Source: Callorhinchus milii (lineage: Eukaryota). Taken from it: a DNA stretch of 64,000 nt. Each line of letters starts with the position of its first letter. The stretch's first letter is position 1. The notes below the pieces were generated by a model. It was not told the origin of the DNA and searched no databases. It was given only the letters and a program-made list of their open reading frames with translations. The DNA is taken from contig NW_024704743.1 in the NCBI RefSeq assembly GCF_018977255.1, forward strand, positions 20,462,001 through 20,526,000, given 5' to 3'. Shown here piece by piece: positions 39,099-50,255 of this stretch. The translations under genes and the position numbers were made by a program.

Positions 39099-39914
39099 GT
39101 AAGGGAAAAAAAGTATTATTTGACTCTTCACTTGCTGATTTGAATCACCTTTATAAAGTAGATGAACTTTGTGATCATATTTAGTTTTTTGATAAAATAT
39201 ATGACATGGACATTTAAAAAAAAGTTTTAACTTGGTTTGAGAAAAATAGTACCAAAATCTACGTAAAAAGACATATGGGTTTTCCTGCATTAAAATGCTT
39301 TTCATGCATTTTCACAAACAGCTTGATCTTTCCATTGGAGGTGATTTGAGTTTTGTTTTTAACAAAAAAATAATGTGGGCAGTAATCTGAAGTTCTGTTG
39401 TTTTAAGGTATGCCCTATGCTTATATCCCACAAGATCCCAATTGCACCCCCTATACCTTATAAGTGGTATCTCTCCATTAGTCTCCTGTGATTCAATATT
39501 TTGCTACATTGGGGGTGTGATTACAGGATAACACATGTCTGTTGGAGACCTAGTAGTCAATAATTCAAGTGAGTGCTAGACATATGTTGTTCTTCACAAC
39601 GTAGCCTGTTACTCATCTCATTGAGGTGTTCATAAGGCTTCTATAACAGGTCTGTCCTTTTTTATTTTATACATTGGTGGGTGTCAAGGTTAATGTTGTT
39701 GGGTACAATCCATGTATTTAAGATGTGATAATATTTGCATTAAAGGACTAATGATTATAATGTGATCACTTAAAGTATATTGAATAATAAAGTTAAGTAC
39801 AGTTAAATAGCAGAAAATACATATTATCCTTATATTTGTTTACAATAATTATAATCTTTGCATTTGATATAGCATCTTATCACATTGCCAAGACACCTCA
39901 AAGCACTTCACAGG

Positions 39915-40350
39915 ATAATAATAATAATAATAATCCTTGCATTTGATATAGCGCTTTTCACGTCGGGAGGACGTCCCAAAGCGCTTCACAGAACACACTG
40001 TAAAGTGAATTGACTGTATATTTGTGGGCGAACGCGGCAGCCAATTTGTGTACAGCAATATCCTACAAATAACCATGGAGTGAATGACCAATTTTATTTG
40101 GGGGAATTGTTAGCCAGGACACTGGGAGAAACTCCCTTCTCTTTTTGGATTATACTGCTGCATCTTTATTGTCCACCTGGACAGGCAGACGGGACCTTGG
40201 TTTAATGTCTCATCTGAAGGACTGTATCTCCGACAATGCAGCACTTCATTGAAATGTCAGTCGTAAGTTCAAAAGCTCCGAAGTGGAACCTGAACCTACA
40301 ACCTTCAGATTCAGAGGCAAGATTGCTACCAACTGAGCCAAGTTGACAGC
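39915..40350 (-). mobile_element. Best-preserved full-length Deu-domain (SacSINE1/AmnSINE1-related) tRNA SINE; an extra tail copy lies at ~39848-39913
   Basis: Deu core gccaggacactgggagaaactccc...gtccacctggacaggcagacgggaccttggtttaatgtctcatctgaagg...ctccgacaatgcagcact. Head reverse complement has A-box (tggctcagttggtag) and B-box (ggttcaggttc) like motifs. Confidence 0.9.
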
Positions 40351-40407
40351 TAAATGATTCCTTCTTTTATGGATCAGTCGCTACTGTGCCATTTATTATT
40401 AAACTAT

Positions 40408-40692
40408 AATAATAATAATCCTTGCATTTGATATCGTGCTTTTCACATATTCTAGACGTCTCAAAGTGCTTCACAGCATATACTGTAAAGTGAATTGACT
40501 ATATATTTGTGGGTGAACCGGAGTGTCCCACAATCAGTCGTGGATTGAAGTGACCAATTTTATTATTGTTTGTTTTCCTTGAGGGATTATTATCAGGAGT
40601 GTGGAGTTAGGAAACTTGCCCAAGGTTTGATTCTGACAGGAATCAAACCCAGTTCTCTCGCTTGCAAGGCGAGTGCTCTAACCGCTGAGCTA
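40408..40692 (-). mobile_element. Full-length short SINE with tRNA-Ala(TGC)-like head
   Basis: Reverse complement begins tagctcagcggttagagcactcgccttgcaagcgagagaactgggtttgattcc (D arm, anticodon arm with TGC, T arm); body and tail as 27782-28030. Confidence 0.85.
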
Positions 40693-40709
40693 AAATAATA
40701 ATAATGTAG

Positions 40710-40878
40710 CTACTCAATCCAAGACTTTTTGTGGGACACTGCTGTGTGCAATTGGCTGGCTTCTTTCGCCCACAAAATATGCAGAATATACTTTGCAGTA
40801 TATTCTGTGAAGTTCTTTGAGAAGTCTCAAAGTTGTGATAAAGTGCTGTATCAAATGCAAGGATTATTATTATTATTG
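40710..40878 (+). mobile_element. 3' half of short SINE, inverted relative to its neighbour
   Basis: gtgggacactgctgtgtgcaattggctg...tcaaatgcaaggattattattatt. Confidence 0.85.
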
Positions 40879-41479
40879 TAGACCTAATTCCAGGACTGAT
40901 CCTTAGCCATGCTAAGTGACCTTAGATGTTGTAAAGGTGGGGTATACTATAGGATTCCTGGTGTTGGAAGCGGGCAAATCAGCCGTAGTTCATCCTGATG
41001 ATTGCTATCCAGTGAGGTTTACTGGAAAGTACTGTATATAATAATAAAATAAATCCTTACATACGATATTGAGTCTTATCACGTCTTCAAGAAGTCTCAA
41101 AGCACTTCACAGAATATACTGTATAAATGAGAGGCAAGGAAAATTTGAGGATTAGCTCCAGTTACTGACACTAATTGTTTATGCCCATATATGAAGTAAG
41201 GAATGTTTGGGAAGGAATTAGAGGGCTGCTCATATCTGGAACCCATACAAAAATGACTGGAGGACATTTGAGGGAATAATTGATAATAATACAGAACTTG
41301 ATGAAATATGCCACCAAACAACTGATACTACGGTATGCAATTGCAAAAATACTTTTTACAATTTTATATTCTGAAGATTGAAAGTTGTTGAACATTCAAG
41401 CTGTATATTATTTAATATTAAGAACATTGATGATATTCATATTTTATCCTGCTTCAGAAGATCTTAGTGGGATCTCCTT

Positions 41480-42007
41480 GGGGCTGAGCTGGCTCCAAGG
41501 TGATGGGTCTGGAAATGGAATGTTGGAATCAAGTCAGCTCTCTGTGGTGGTCTCGGTCATCTGGTTTCTGGGCCAGGGGAGTTTGCAGTACTCAAATGTA
41601 CTGCTGATGACAGACCAGCCAGCCTGCTGCATTGGCACGACTTGCAGGAGTAGACATGTCAATGGGAGCAGGGATTCTTCCGACTCAGCTCCTGGTCCTA
41701 ACTCAACAAGCAGCAAGAAGTTTGTAAGACAGAACTGTCAATGTCAAGCTATATGGTTTTAGTTGTTATACTCCAGCAGTACTCCAAAGAACATAATGGA
41801 TTCCCCAAGCTTAGTTCTTGCTAACCTGTACCTAAATACTTTACAGAATTAGATAAGCAGGGTGCGTCCCTCCAGGGATAAAATATGCATTCCATCCAGA
41901 AACAGGGAAATTTCCAGGAAAAATAGATCTAATGCATGTGTAGAAGTCTTAGTCTGGTTTAGATACTGATGGGTTTCTGCTTGTGCCAGACACCAGTTGA
42001 CAAAAAA
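41480..42007 (+). mobile_element. Unclassified poly(A)-ended interspersed repeat, copy D
   Basis: Homologous to 48010-48423 (+) and to minus-strand copies at 17826, 23488 and 28182; ends gatgggtttc...cagacaccagttgacaaaaaa. Confidence 0.75.
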
Positions 42008-42580
42008 TCCGTATTTTACTAGAGGTATTAATATCCAGTTTTGACTTGCTTATTGTCTCAGTCTTCCTCATAAAGCAGTAACCTATTTCTTCTGGGACTT
42101 TGGCTAAGATGTGTGGAATATTAACTGAGTCATTATCATTTAATTAGGACTAATGTTAACAGAAGACTTGACTACATCTGCTGAAATCACTAAATTCCAG
42201 GACACTGAGCTAGCCTTACCTGAGGGCAAGCTGTGCAGCCACATATAGCCTTAGGTTAGGAAGGACTTCGCAGCATCTGTGATCCATCTTAAGTTCACCC
42301 ACAAAAAAGGTTGCCCACATTTGGCTTTTAAACTTCAAAATCCTAAACTGAAACTTTTTCTCTAGGCCGCACAGTTAAATTGTAAATCTAAAAGTAAAGA
42401 TCCTGCCTTTATAAAGGTTTAAAGACTTTTTACCAATAACTAATATGATTTCATGAACAAGGGCAAAATATAATCTTGCACACATGACTTCTGAATGCTT
42501 AAATCAGACACTCTGCGGTTATTTGCTGTTGATTGTAATAGACACTATCAATAGTATCAAATAGTAGAAATGAATTCCAA

Positions 42581-42917
42581 TCAAACATATTACTTTATTT
42601 ATTCAACACATTTTGCTAGCGAGCATCATAATCTTAGGCAGAAATCTTTTTAAAAAAAGAAAATTTTGTTAAAATAGCTTGCATTTCTTCTTAAAAGAAA
42701 AAAAGGGCACATACATTTTCAACATAATATATCAAACCAGATGTCAAACATATTACTTTGTTTACTCAGCACCATTTGCTAGCAACCATCATAATCTTAG
42801 GCTACTGCCTCAATGTGCAGAAAGCTTTTTTTTTAAAAAAGGATTACGTCAAAATAATGTAATTCTTGAAAGACAAATAGGCATTTACATCGTCACGACA
42901 ATATATCAAACCAGATG
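42581..42917 (+). repeat. Diverged tandem duplication, units 42581-42743 and 42744-42917
   Basis: Both units start tcaaacatattacttt, contain tttgctagc..catcataatcttaggc and end aatatatcaaaccagatg. Confidence 0.85.
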
Positions 42918-43495
42918 TGGGCAGCTGAGGCAGAGAAAGGGAAAGATGGATTCAATAGCAAGGCTGAGTTTCAATCAGATTATTAAATGGAGAGGAGTAG
43001 TGGTATTAAGGTTGCCATTGAAATTCCTCTCTTTATAATTTTCAAATAATTTTAGGTACAAAGGGATCTTTAATGAGGTATTTCTAGTAAGACTGTAATC
43101 AAAGTCAGGCTAGCGTAGATTCTGTATTGTAACTGACTTGGTAAGAGTTTCTAACAGGAATCAACACCAACAACTTTCAATAATATAGCTCCTTCAGGCA
43201 GTTTGAGTCTGAGTGCTTAAACAGTGGTGGAGCTTGATGCTGAGCCGGGAAGAGAGGGGAGGTGATCATAGGCAAAATGAAAGAGTAAGGAGGATTGAGG
43301 CAGAGTTCCAAAGTTTCGGGTGATAGTGGCTAAAAAGCATGGCTGCTGATGATGGATTGGAGAGGACTAGGGATGTGTAGAAGGCATTTATTCCATAATT
43401 TTAAAAAATCCTGTTAGAAATTGTATATTTTTTTAAGACCCCATTGACAGCTGTGAGAAGTCATTTAAATTCAGTGTAAAGTCATTTAATGCCCT

Positions 43496-43509
43496 CTGAT
43501 TGATTGATT

Positions 43510-43540
<31 letters not shown>
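43496..43540. repeat. Compound (GATT)n(GACA)n microsatellite
   Basis: Directly visible. Confidence 0.9.
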
Positions 43541-43689
43541 TGGATATACAGATATGAGATTGTATAATTTATTTCTTCTGTTTTCTTCCCTTTCCCTTAA
43601 CTGAATGTGTTGAGTCTTACATGGGATATTGCTCCATAAGCAGCTGTTTGATTACCCAAACTACATCATCCAAATAGTCATTTTTCAGG

Positions 43690-43995
43690 TGTGAGCATAG
43701 CTATCAGCAAGCTACTTGAATTTGGGGCAGGGGATCACAGTCGAGTTTGTGTTCTCCCCGAATCTTCACACGTGTGTATTTTCCAGAAGGGTTCAGTAGA
43801 TAGCGCTCAGAGTGAAAAGCTGTGGCAGATTTTTCTCTTCCCTCAACCAGCAATGCTAAGATCAATTGCAATTCCCTCCACAGGTGCTCCAGCTGAGATC
43901 AGCAAACTCAGCATAGGCTGGCAATTGAATCTCTGACCTTTTAGTGTGTACAGTTTAATGCTATGAGAGACAGTGTGTTTAACCACCAAGTCACC
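43690..43995 (-). mobile_element. Highly diverged old tRNA-derived SINE (separate family)
   Basis: Reverse complement: tRNA-like head remnants, then gctgagtttgctgatctcagctgg...gggaagagaaaaatctgcc...cgctatctactgaacccttctggaaa. Related remnants at ~2065-2280, ~2960-3135 and ~40885-41030. Confidence 0.55.
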
Positions 43996-44457
43996 CCTCC
44001 AATGCACTTCTTATAGTGTAGATTTGCTTACTTTATATACAAAGCAGTTCCAACTCCTGGGAACAACAAGAAATAATGTACTCGATTTGTAATTACTGGG
44101 TTACATTAACTGAATGCTGGGCCCTCAATATTGAAATCCATAATATAATTTACAGTAGAACATGGTTTCGCTGATGTCTATTTATTCCATAACTGGACAT
44201 GAGCCTGTGCGTTATCAGCAAAAAACTTGTACACGTATTCAAAGCTGCACACATTATTTCTAAGACCACATGGTTTCTAGGGATGTGCTAACAAACACAC
44301 CTTCAGACATACCCACTAGCAGGGCTTTTTTTTGCTAGTACCAAAGGCAGGTCTTTATCATTTTACAGTATGTCGCAGCAATAGAGAGCGATAGAAAGTT
44401 AGAAAACCTCTTAAAAAGAGTCAGAAAAAGACAGAGAGAGAACGATACTTAGAGACA

Positions 44458-45005
44458 AAAAAACAAATTACATTTGTATAGCACCTTTCACGTTGGGAGG
44501 ACATCCCAAGGCCCTGGATAGTCAACGATTTGCACCTGAGCTGGGGATTGGGATCAGGAGAGATGGAGGGCAAGGAAGGTGGGGGTAGGAGGGTGACCAG
44601 AGGTGTGATCGAAGAGGAAGGTATTGAGATGGGCCTTGAAGGAGACAAGGGAGGAAGCGAAGGGACTGTGGGATCGAGTTCCAAAGGACTTGGGGCAGAG
44701 AGGCTTAAGGCTCGACCACTGATGGGAGGGCAGGCCGGCCGGGGAGCAGGCTGGAGCCTGCTGAGCGGAGGAAGTGGACAGGCCGGTCTGGAGTTAGCAG
44801 GTCACAGAGGTAGGGAGGAGCAAATCCATGGAGGACTTTGAGAGTGAGGACGAGGATTTTGAACTCTATCCTCTGGGGGATGGGGAGCCATTGAAGTCGG
44901 GTGAGGATGGGTATGATGGGGTCACGGAGCTTGCTGCGGGAGAGGACATGAGCTGCAGAGTTCTGAATAATCTGCAGCTTGTGGAGGGAAGAGTTGGGAA
45001 GAGTA
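44458..45005 (-). mobile_element. L2-clade LINE 3' fragment
   Basis: Tail aaattacatttgtatagcacctttcacgttgggaggacatcccaaggccct; collinear with 34790-35330. Confidence 0.88.
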
Positions 45006-45399
45006 AAAGAGGCAGAGAGTCAAAGACGGGCTGCCATAGTTTGGTACCATAGTGAAAGTATAACTTCCACTAAACAATTGATCAATTGGCACTGAGGCCA
45101 TTTTGTGTTTTGTCATGTCCAATTCTCCGCACCACATATGAGCCAGTCCAAAAATGTAGATTCGGTTCATTATTTTTTTGACTCTTAAGAGTCAGAATAC
45201 CTCAGTATTGTAGGTTAATTAATAACTAAATGCTACAACAAAAGCAACTACATCTAGTGGAAAAGGGACAATATCAAGAATGCAGTTCTTCTGAAAGGCT
45301 GTTGGAAAACTATTGGAATCAGGAACTATGCCCACTTTCATACAAGTAGTTGCTTCCAGAACCTTTTCCAGTTAAATGTGAGCTTGAAACTTCACAGTG

Positions 45400-45800
45400 G
45401 CAAGGCTGAATGCCAAGCAAGGAGGAAGGGGACGGGGTGGTGGAGGTGACCATAAACACGGTTGAAGAGGTAGATTTTTAAGGCAAGATTTGAAAATAGG
45501 TAAGGAGTGGGCGAGATGGAGGGACAGAGTCAGGTTGGGGTATAATGGTTCGGTCACTAATTGTGGTGTGGATGGGGGGACTCGCAGCAGTTCTGTATTA
45601 GCTGAAGGCAGAGGACTAGGACCTGAGGAGATCAGAGAAATAGGGAGGTGCTAGGGCAGAAATGAATTTGTATATGAGGCCGAGGATTTTGAAGTCGATC
45701 AGTTCAGAGCCATGGAGTCAGTGGAGCCTGTGAGGATTAGGGTGATGGTCTTGCGGAGTTTGGTGCAGTTGAGGATGTGGGCGGCGGAGTTTGGGCTTAG
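45400..45800 (-). mobile_element. Old L2-clade LINE fragment
   Basis: gtgaccata...agatttttaaggcaagatttgaa, ggattttgaagtcgatc...gccatggag...gatgtgggcggcggagtttgg. Confidence 0.65.
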
Positions 45801-46699
45801 GAGGATCTTAGGTGGATGATGAGATCATTAAGGGTTATGAAGAAAGAGCTGTAAAATGGGATTAATAATAAAAAAGGATGATTTAAAAATACATCTAGTA
45901 GTGACACAATAGCCCACAAGGCCTAAAAATTCCTGCCATAGGAACATTTCTGTGTTATTGTAATTCTGTGACAACCAATAACTACAGCATTAGGTTCAAC
46001 TGAAAGATGCAGACCAATGTCATCTTGCGTTTAGGTGGTGAGTTTCTCTCTATTGGTGAGGAAGGAAATACTGGCAGGGAGAGAACTCTTTCCACAGTCT
46101 TCAAGAATGCCTCCTGCTAGGACAGCACAGGGCAACATTTTTGGCATCTGCACACTGTTGACATTATTTTTAAAAGCTGTTCATTCTCAGTGCCTCGGGT
46201 ATTTTTACAAAGTGCTTTTCTTCACCTCAGGCAATTTTTCATTTACCCCAAATAATTGCTGAGAAAATAAATGTGCAAATTGATTAAAATATACATTCAG
46301 TGTACTTGAGGATCTTGTGAGTGATACAGAAAAAAGAGCCCCTACAACTAACAAGTGATATGACCAAAAAGTAAAAAAAATTCCGAATTGGAAAGATACC
46401 AGCATTACTTGAAAGTTGTTAATTTTCCAGATCAACAAATCAGGAAACAATTCCCCTTTGGTTAGTTGGCAAGTGGATTTTTCAGCTATTTATAAAAATA
46501 CTCATTACCTGCATTAGCTATCCACTCAACCATATAAGCTGCATTGCTTTAAACACCTGTTTGTGGAATTTGTTCTAATCTTTGCGATCGCATTTGTCAA
46601 TCTTGTATTAGGAGCCCAGTTGGTAGTTTAAAGGCAGGCCTGTATGGGGTAGAGGAGAAAATAGTAAATCAGTGTGTCTGTACATAGTTGAAATCGGAT

Positions 46700-47620
46700 G
46701 TAGATGACACACAAATCTACTTCTTCTACTCCAGCTGCAACTCCAGATCCACCGATGTTCGCTCGGCTTGTCTTGCGATCATCGGGGCTTGGATAAGTGA
46801 ACTTCCTACACCTAAATGTTGACACGTCAGAAGCCATACGTTGACAGGAGCCATACTCATTGGCTCCCGTCAACATCTTCTTTCCTGCGCCTCTGACCTC
46901 TTCAGTCTTCCTGGCCTACCCCTCAGACGTACCGAACTAGTGTGTAACCCACCATCAGGTTCGACCCACAGCTGTCCTTTGTTCCCTACATTTGGTTCCT
47001 GATCAGGACCGCCTTCCTTCACCAATGCCAAATTACCCGTTTCCAACCGTGCCTTACCACAGACACAGCTGAAAAACTTCTCCATGCGTCCATCACCTCA
47101 CGACTCGACTTCTCAAATGGCCTCTTCGCTTGTGTCCCCAGCTCCACCGTGCACAGCATCCAGCTAATCCAAAACCACCGCCTGTATACTTACCCACACT
47201 AAACTCCATACTCCCATCACACCAGTTCTAGCCAGGCTCCACTGGCTCCCTATCGCCAAACAATTTCAGGATCCTCACACTTGTTTTTCAAATCCCTTCA
47301 CGCCCTGAAACCTCCCTACCTCTCTGACCTGCTTTGCCTCCAACCCACTGCCTCCGCTGGACTGGCTCTGGCCTCCTTCATGTCTCTCGTGCCTTCCGTT
47401 CCACCACTGCGCTTTCAACCACTTCCCCTGTGCAACTGGAACGCTCTTCCTCTATCCCTCTGCCTTCCTTCCCCATCTTCAGGTCGAGCCTGAAAACTTT
47501 CCCCTTCAACTGTGCCCACCTCCCCCTCCCCTGATTTGGAGTCATGCTCTGCTACTGTCAAGCTCTCTGGGATGCTACCCTGTGTGAGGGGGGCTATATA
47601 AATACAAATGGTTGTTATTT
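46700..47620 (+). mobile_element. Older L2-clade LINE (RT end to tail)
   Basis: gtagatgacacacaaatctac (DDTQ), catcacctcacgactcgacttctcaaat (TSRLD), gctccactggctccc (LHWLP), tail aagctctctgggatgctaccctgtgtgagggggctatataaatacaa. Confidence 0.82.
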
Positions 47621-47864
47621 AAATCAAAGATGAAATGCCCTAAGGACCAAACATGGGAATAGAATTCTTCCTTGTGTTTTTGATCTTAGAATACTTAACA
47701 CATTATAGTTATTATGTTGAACGTGATTGGCTTGCAGAAATGTGAGCAACTGTTGCTTAAACTCCACACCTCCAATTGGCGGAATATTGCTCATTGGGAA
47801 GGGATGTGTGCCCGAGCTGAGGACAACAAGATGGCAATGCTCCCACGTATTTCATGCTGAGATA

Positions 47865-48423
47865 TGTTGCCCACCAGGAAGCTCGCAGGGAGTTCCCGAT
47901 ACCTACAACCCACTTAGTAAGGGTTCCAATCTGCGTTGGTCGGATGTCAAATAACCATCCAATGACTATCCTCCTTAGAGGGTAGGTACGCCATAAGGCT
48001 CCAACGTGAGATGAACTGGCTCCAAGGTGAGATGTTTGGCAACAAATTATCGGAATCGAACCAGCCCTATGTGGCCTCTGTATTCCAGTTCCTGAGCCAG
48101 GGGCATCCCGTAGTATTTCAGGACACTACTGATGACAGCACGGCCAGTCTGCTCATCAATAGGACTTGGAAGGGCAGACCAGTTACTGGAGGCCGGGAAT
48201 TATCCCAATAACTTCCTATTAACCCTGCAAGCCAAAGCCCTAACGGGTAAGGTGGTCATTGCTAGACAAGCAGCAGGAAAGCTTAACAGACAGTGCTACC
48301 GATGGCAAGCTATAAATTTCTGTGTATAGGTGGGATGCATGGAATTTTCAGCTTGGTTTGGATACTCTTAAGCACGGTGATGGGTTTCCGCATGTGTCAA
48401 GACACCCAGCTGACCAAAAAAAA
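47865..48423 (+). mobile_element. Unclassified poly(A)-ended interspersed repeat, copy E (internally deleted; 5' boundary uncertain)
   Basis: ctggctccaaggtga...ctgatgacag...acaagcagcaggaaagc...gatgggtttccgcatgtgtcaagacacccagctgaccaaaaaaaa. Confidence 0.75.
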
Positions 48424-49339
48424 TAGTAAAAGTATGATAACATTTGTAGTCAAGGAACTATAGAGTTTTTAAAAGCATAAAATGTACAATCCTGCACTGT
48501 GGTAACTTTGTCACATACAAAGAGATGTACAGTCGTTAGGTTAATTAAATTGAGTCATCAATTCTGGCAGGTGTTTTAATTGATAAAGAAATTAATAATA
48601 TATTTTCAATTGGCTAATTTTTGTTTGGGACCACACTACAGTTATTATAAAAAGAAAACTACAAACTAAGATTGGTTAAGTATTCCTTTTGATCCTTCTG
48701 ATATCAAAGAAATGTGCAAGAGAATTTACTACACTGATTTGTGAAATCATTGCTGATGATTACACAATCCTGACATTGAAATAACTAGATTATAAGAATT
48801 TTTGAAGTAGTTCATGAAACACATCAACATTTTACTGTATTCATCTTCCCCAAAATGTTTAAGGTGGTTGGATCTGTGATGATCCTTATATTCTAATGGT
48901 GAATCGGAGGGGCTTCACAAAATATAATTGATTAGATTGTTGTTATTTTGGTAAATTTGTCAGCTAATCTGTGCCAGCAACATTTCCTAAACAATGAGAT
49001 GAGCAGTCAATTATATGAATTTGGGTGTAAATTTGGATTAGAGGGAAATATAAATCAGAATAACTGGGAGAAAAGTTCCATGTAATTTATTTTGTATAAA
49101 TGAACTTAAAGTTAGATAACTTAATTCTAAAGTTATATTTTTTTCCATTCAGGATAGCAATCGCTTTCTATTTTATTTTCTTCCTTTCCTAATTTAGTCT
49201 CTATATACTATCCATCACTAAAAATAAATTCATGACTGAGAGGTTTGGTGGACCATTTGCTTCCAGTTTTCTCTCAAAGCTATTCTGAAACTGACCACCG
49301 GGATAACAACCCTCTCCCTCCAGTTTCTCTGTGACAAGT

Positions 49340-49692
49340 TGCTGTTCTCTCCTCCCCTCCTGTCTGCCTTTTCTGCTCAGCAGGCTCCGGCCTGCTCCAT
49401 GTCCCCTGCCCGGTCCACACCACCATCGGCAGTCCGGCCTTCAGCTTCTATGCTCCCACTGTTTGGAACTCCATCCCACAGTCCCTTCGCCTCGCTCCCT
49501 CCCTTGCTTCCTTCAAGGCACATCTCAAGACCCTCCTACCGTGTCTTCGGTCACCCTACTACCCCACCCTCCCTGCCCTCCACCCTTCCTGATCACAACC
49601 CCCTGCTCGGGTCCAAATCCCTGACTGTCCAACGCCTTGGGACGTTCTCCCGACGTGAAAGGGGCTTTTCAAATGTAATTTGTTGTTGTTGT
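49340..49692 (+). mobile_element. L2-clade LINE 3' fragment
   Basis: Collinear with 19320-19595; stem-loop + (TTG)n tail. Confidence 0.88.
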
Positions 49693-50109
49693 CATCCTCG
49701 ACTCAATACTTCCACACAGCAATATTACAGGAATCAGGAGCTCGTTGTTTTTTTTAAGGGATCACAAATGCACTGTGCTGTGCTAAATACTTGAGATCCA
49801 TAACCCTATTGTTAACAAACTAATAGCAAACCAAGGTCCTTAGAAAACATTCAGTAAAAAAAAGGTCAACTAGTTAGTAGAAATATGATTTGAAAGAAGA
49901 ATCAAGATATTACTTATTACTAGTAGTACTATGACATAAATGTTCATGTTCTATAATTCTTTTGAACAGACATGTTTTCAGAAGCAGAAGCACAGCTGCT
50001 TTTAAATGTACAGAATAAAATCTGACTTGTGGCAATGCACAATATTCCATTTATCTCTGATGGCTTGGGTAAAGTCTTGATATTTGAACATTTGTATTTT
50101 CTTTCCTAG

Positions 50110-50255
50110 GTCCTACCACATGATACCAAATCCCGGCGTCTTTTTGTCACTAGTGGTGGCCTGAAGAAACTTCAAGAAATTAAAGCTGAACCAGGTTCAG
50201 TTATGCAGGAATATATCAACGCCATTAACAACTGTTACCCTGAAGAGATTGTCAG
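50110..50255 (+). CDS. SPAG6: SPAG6 coding exon (exon 10 equivalent), 146 nt; not in the ORF track
   Basis: TTTCCTAG acceptor ending 50109, GTAAAA donor at 50256. VLPHDTKSRRLFVTSGGLKKLQEIKAEPGSVMQEYINAINNCYPEEIV(R); phase 2 out. Confidence 0.96.

Noticed and set aside
40635..40692. tRNA-Ala gene on the minus strand
   Set aside because: No intact acceptor stem, degenerate T loop, and it is fused to a SINE body and tail.
48128..48165. CTGATGA (also at ~41625) as a hammerhead ribozyme core / retrozyme
   Set aside because: No correctly placed GAAA after a stem II. In the 48.1 kb copy the motif instead pairs with downstream tgctcatcaatag as a plain hairpin.
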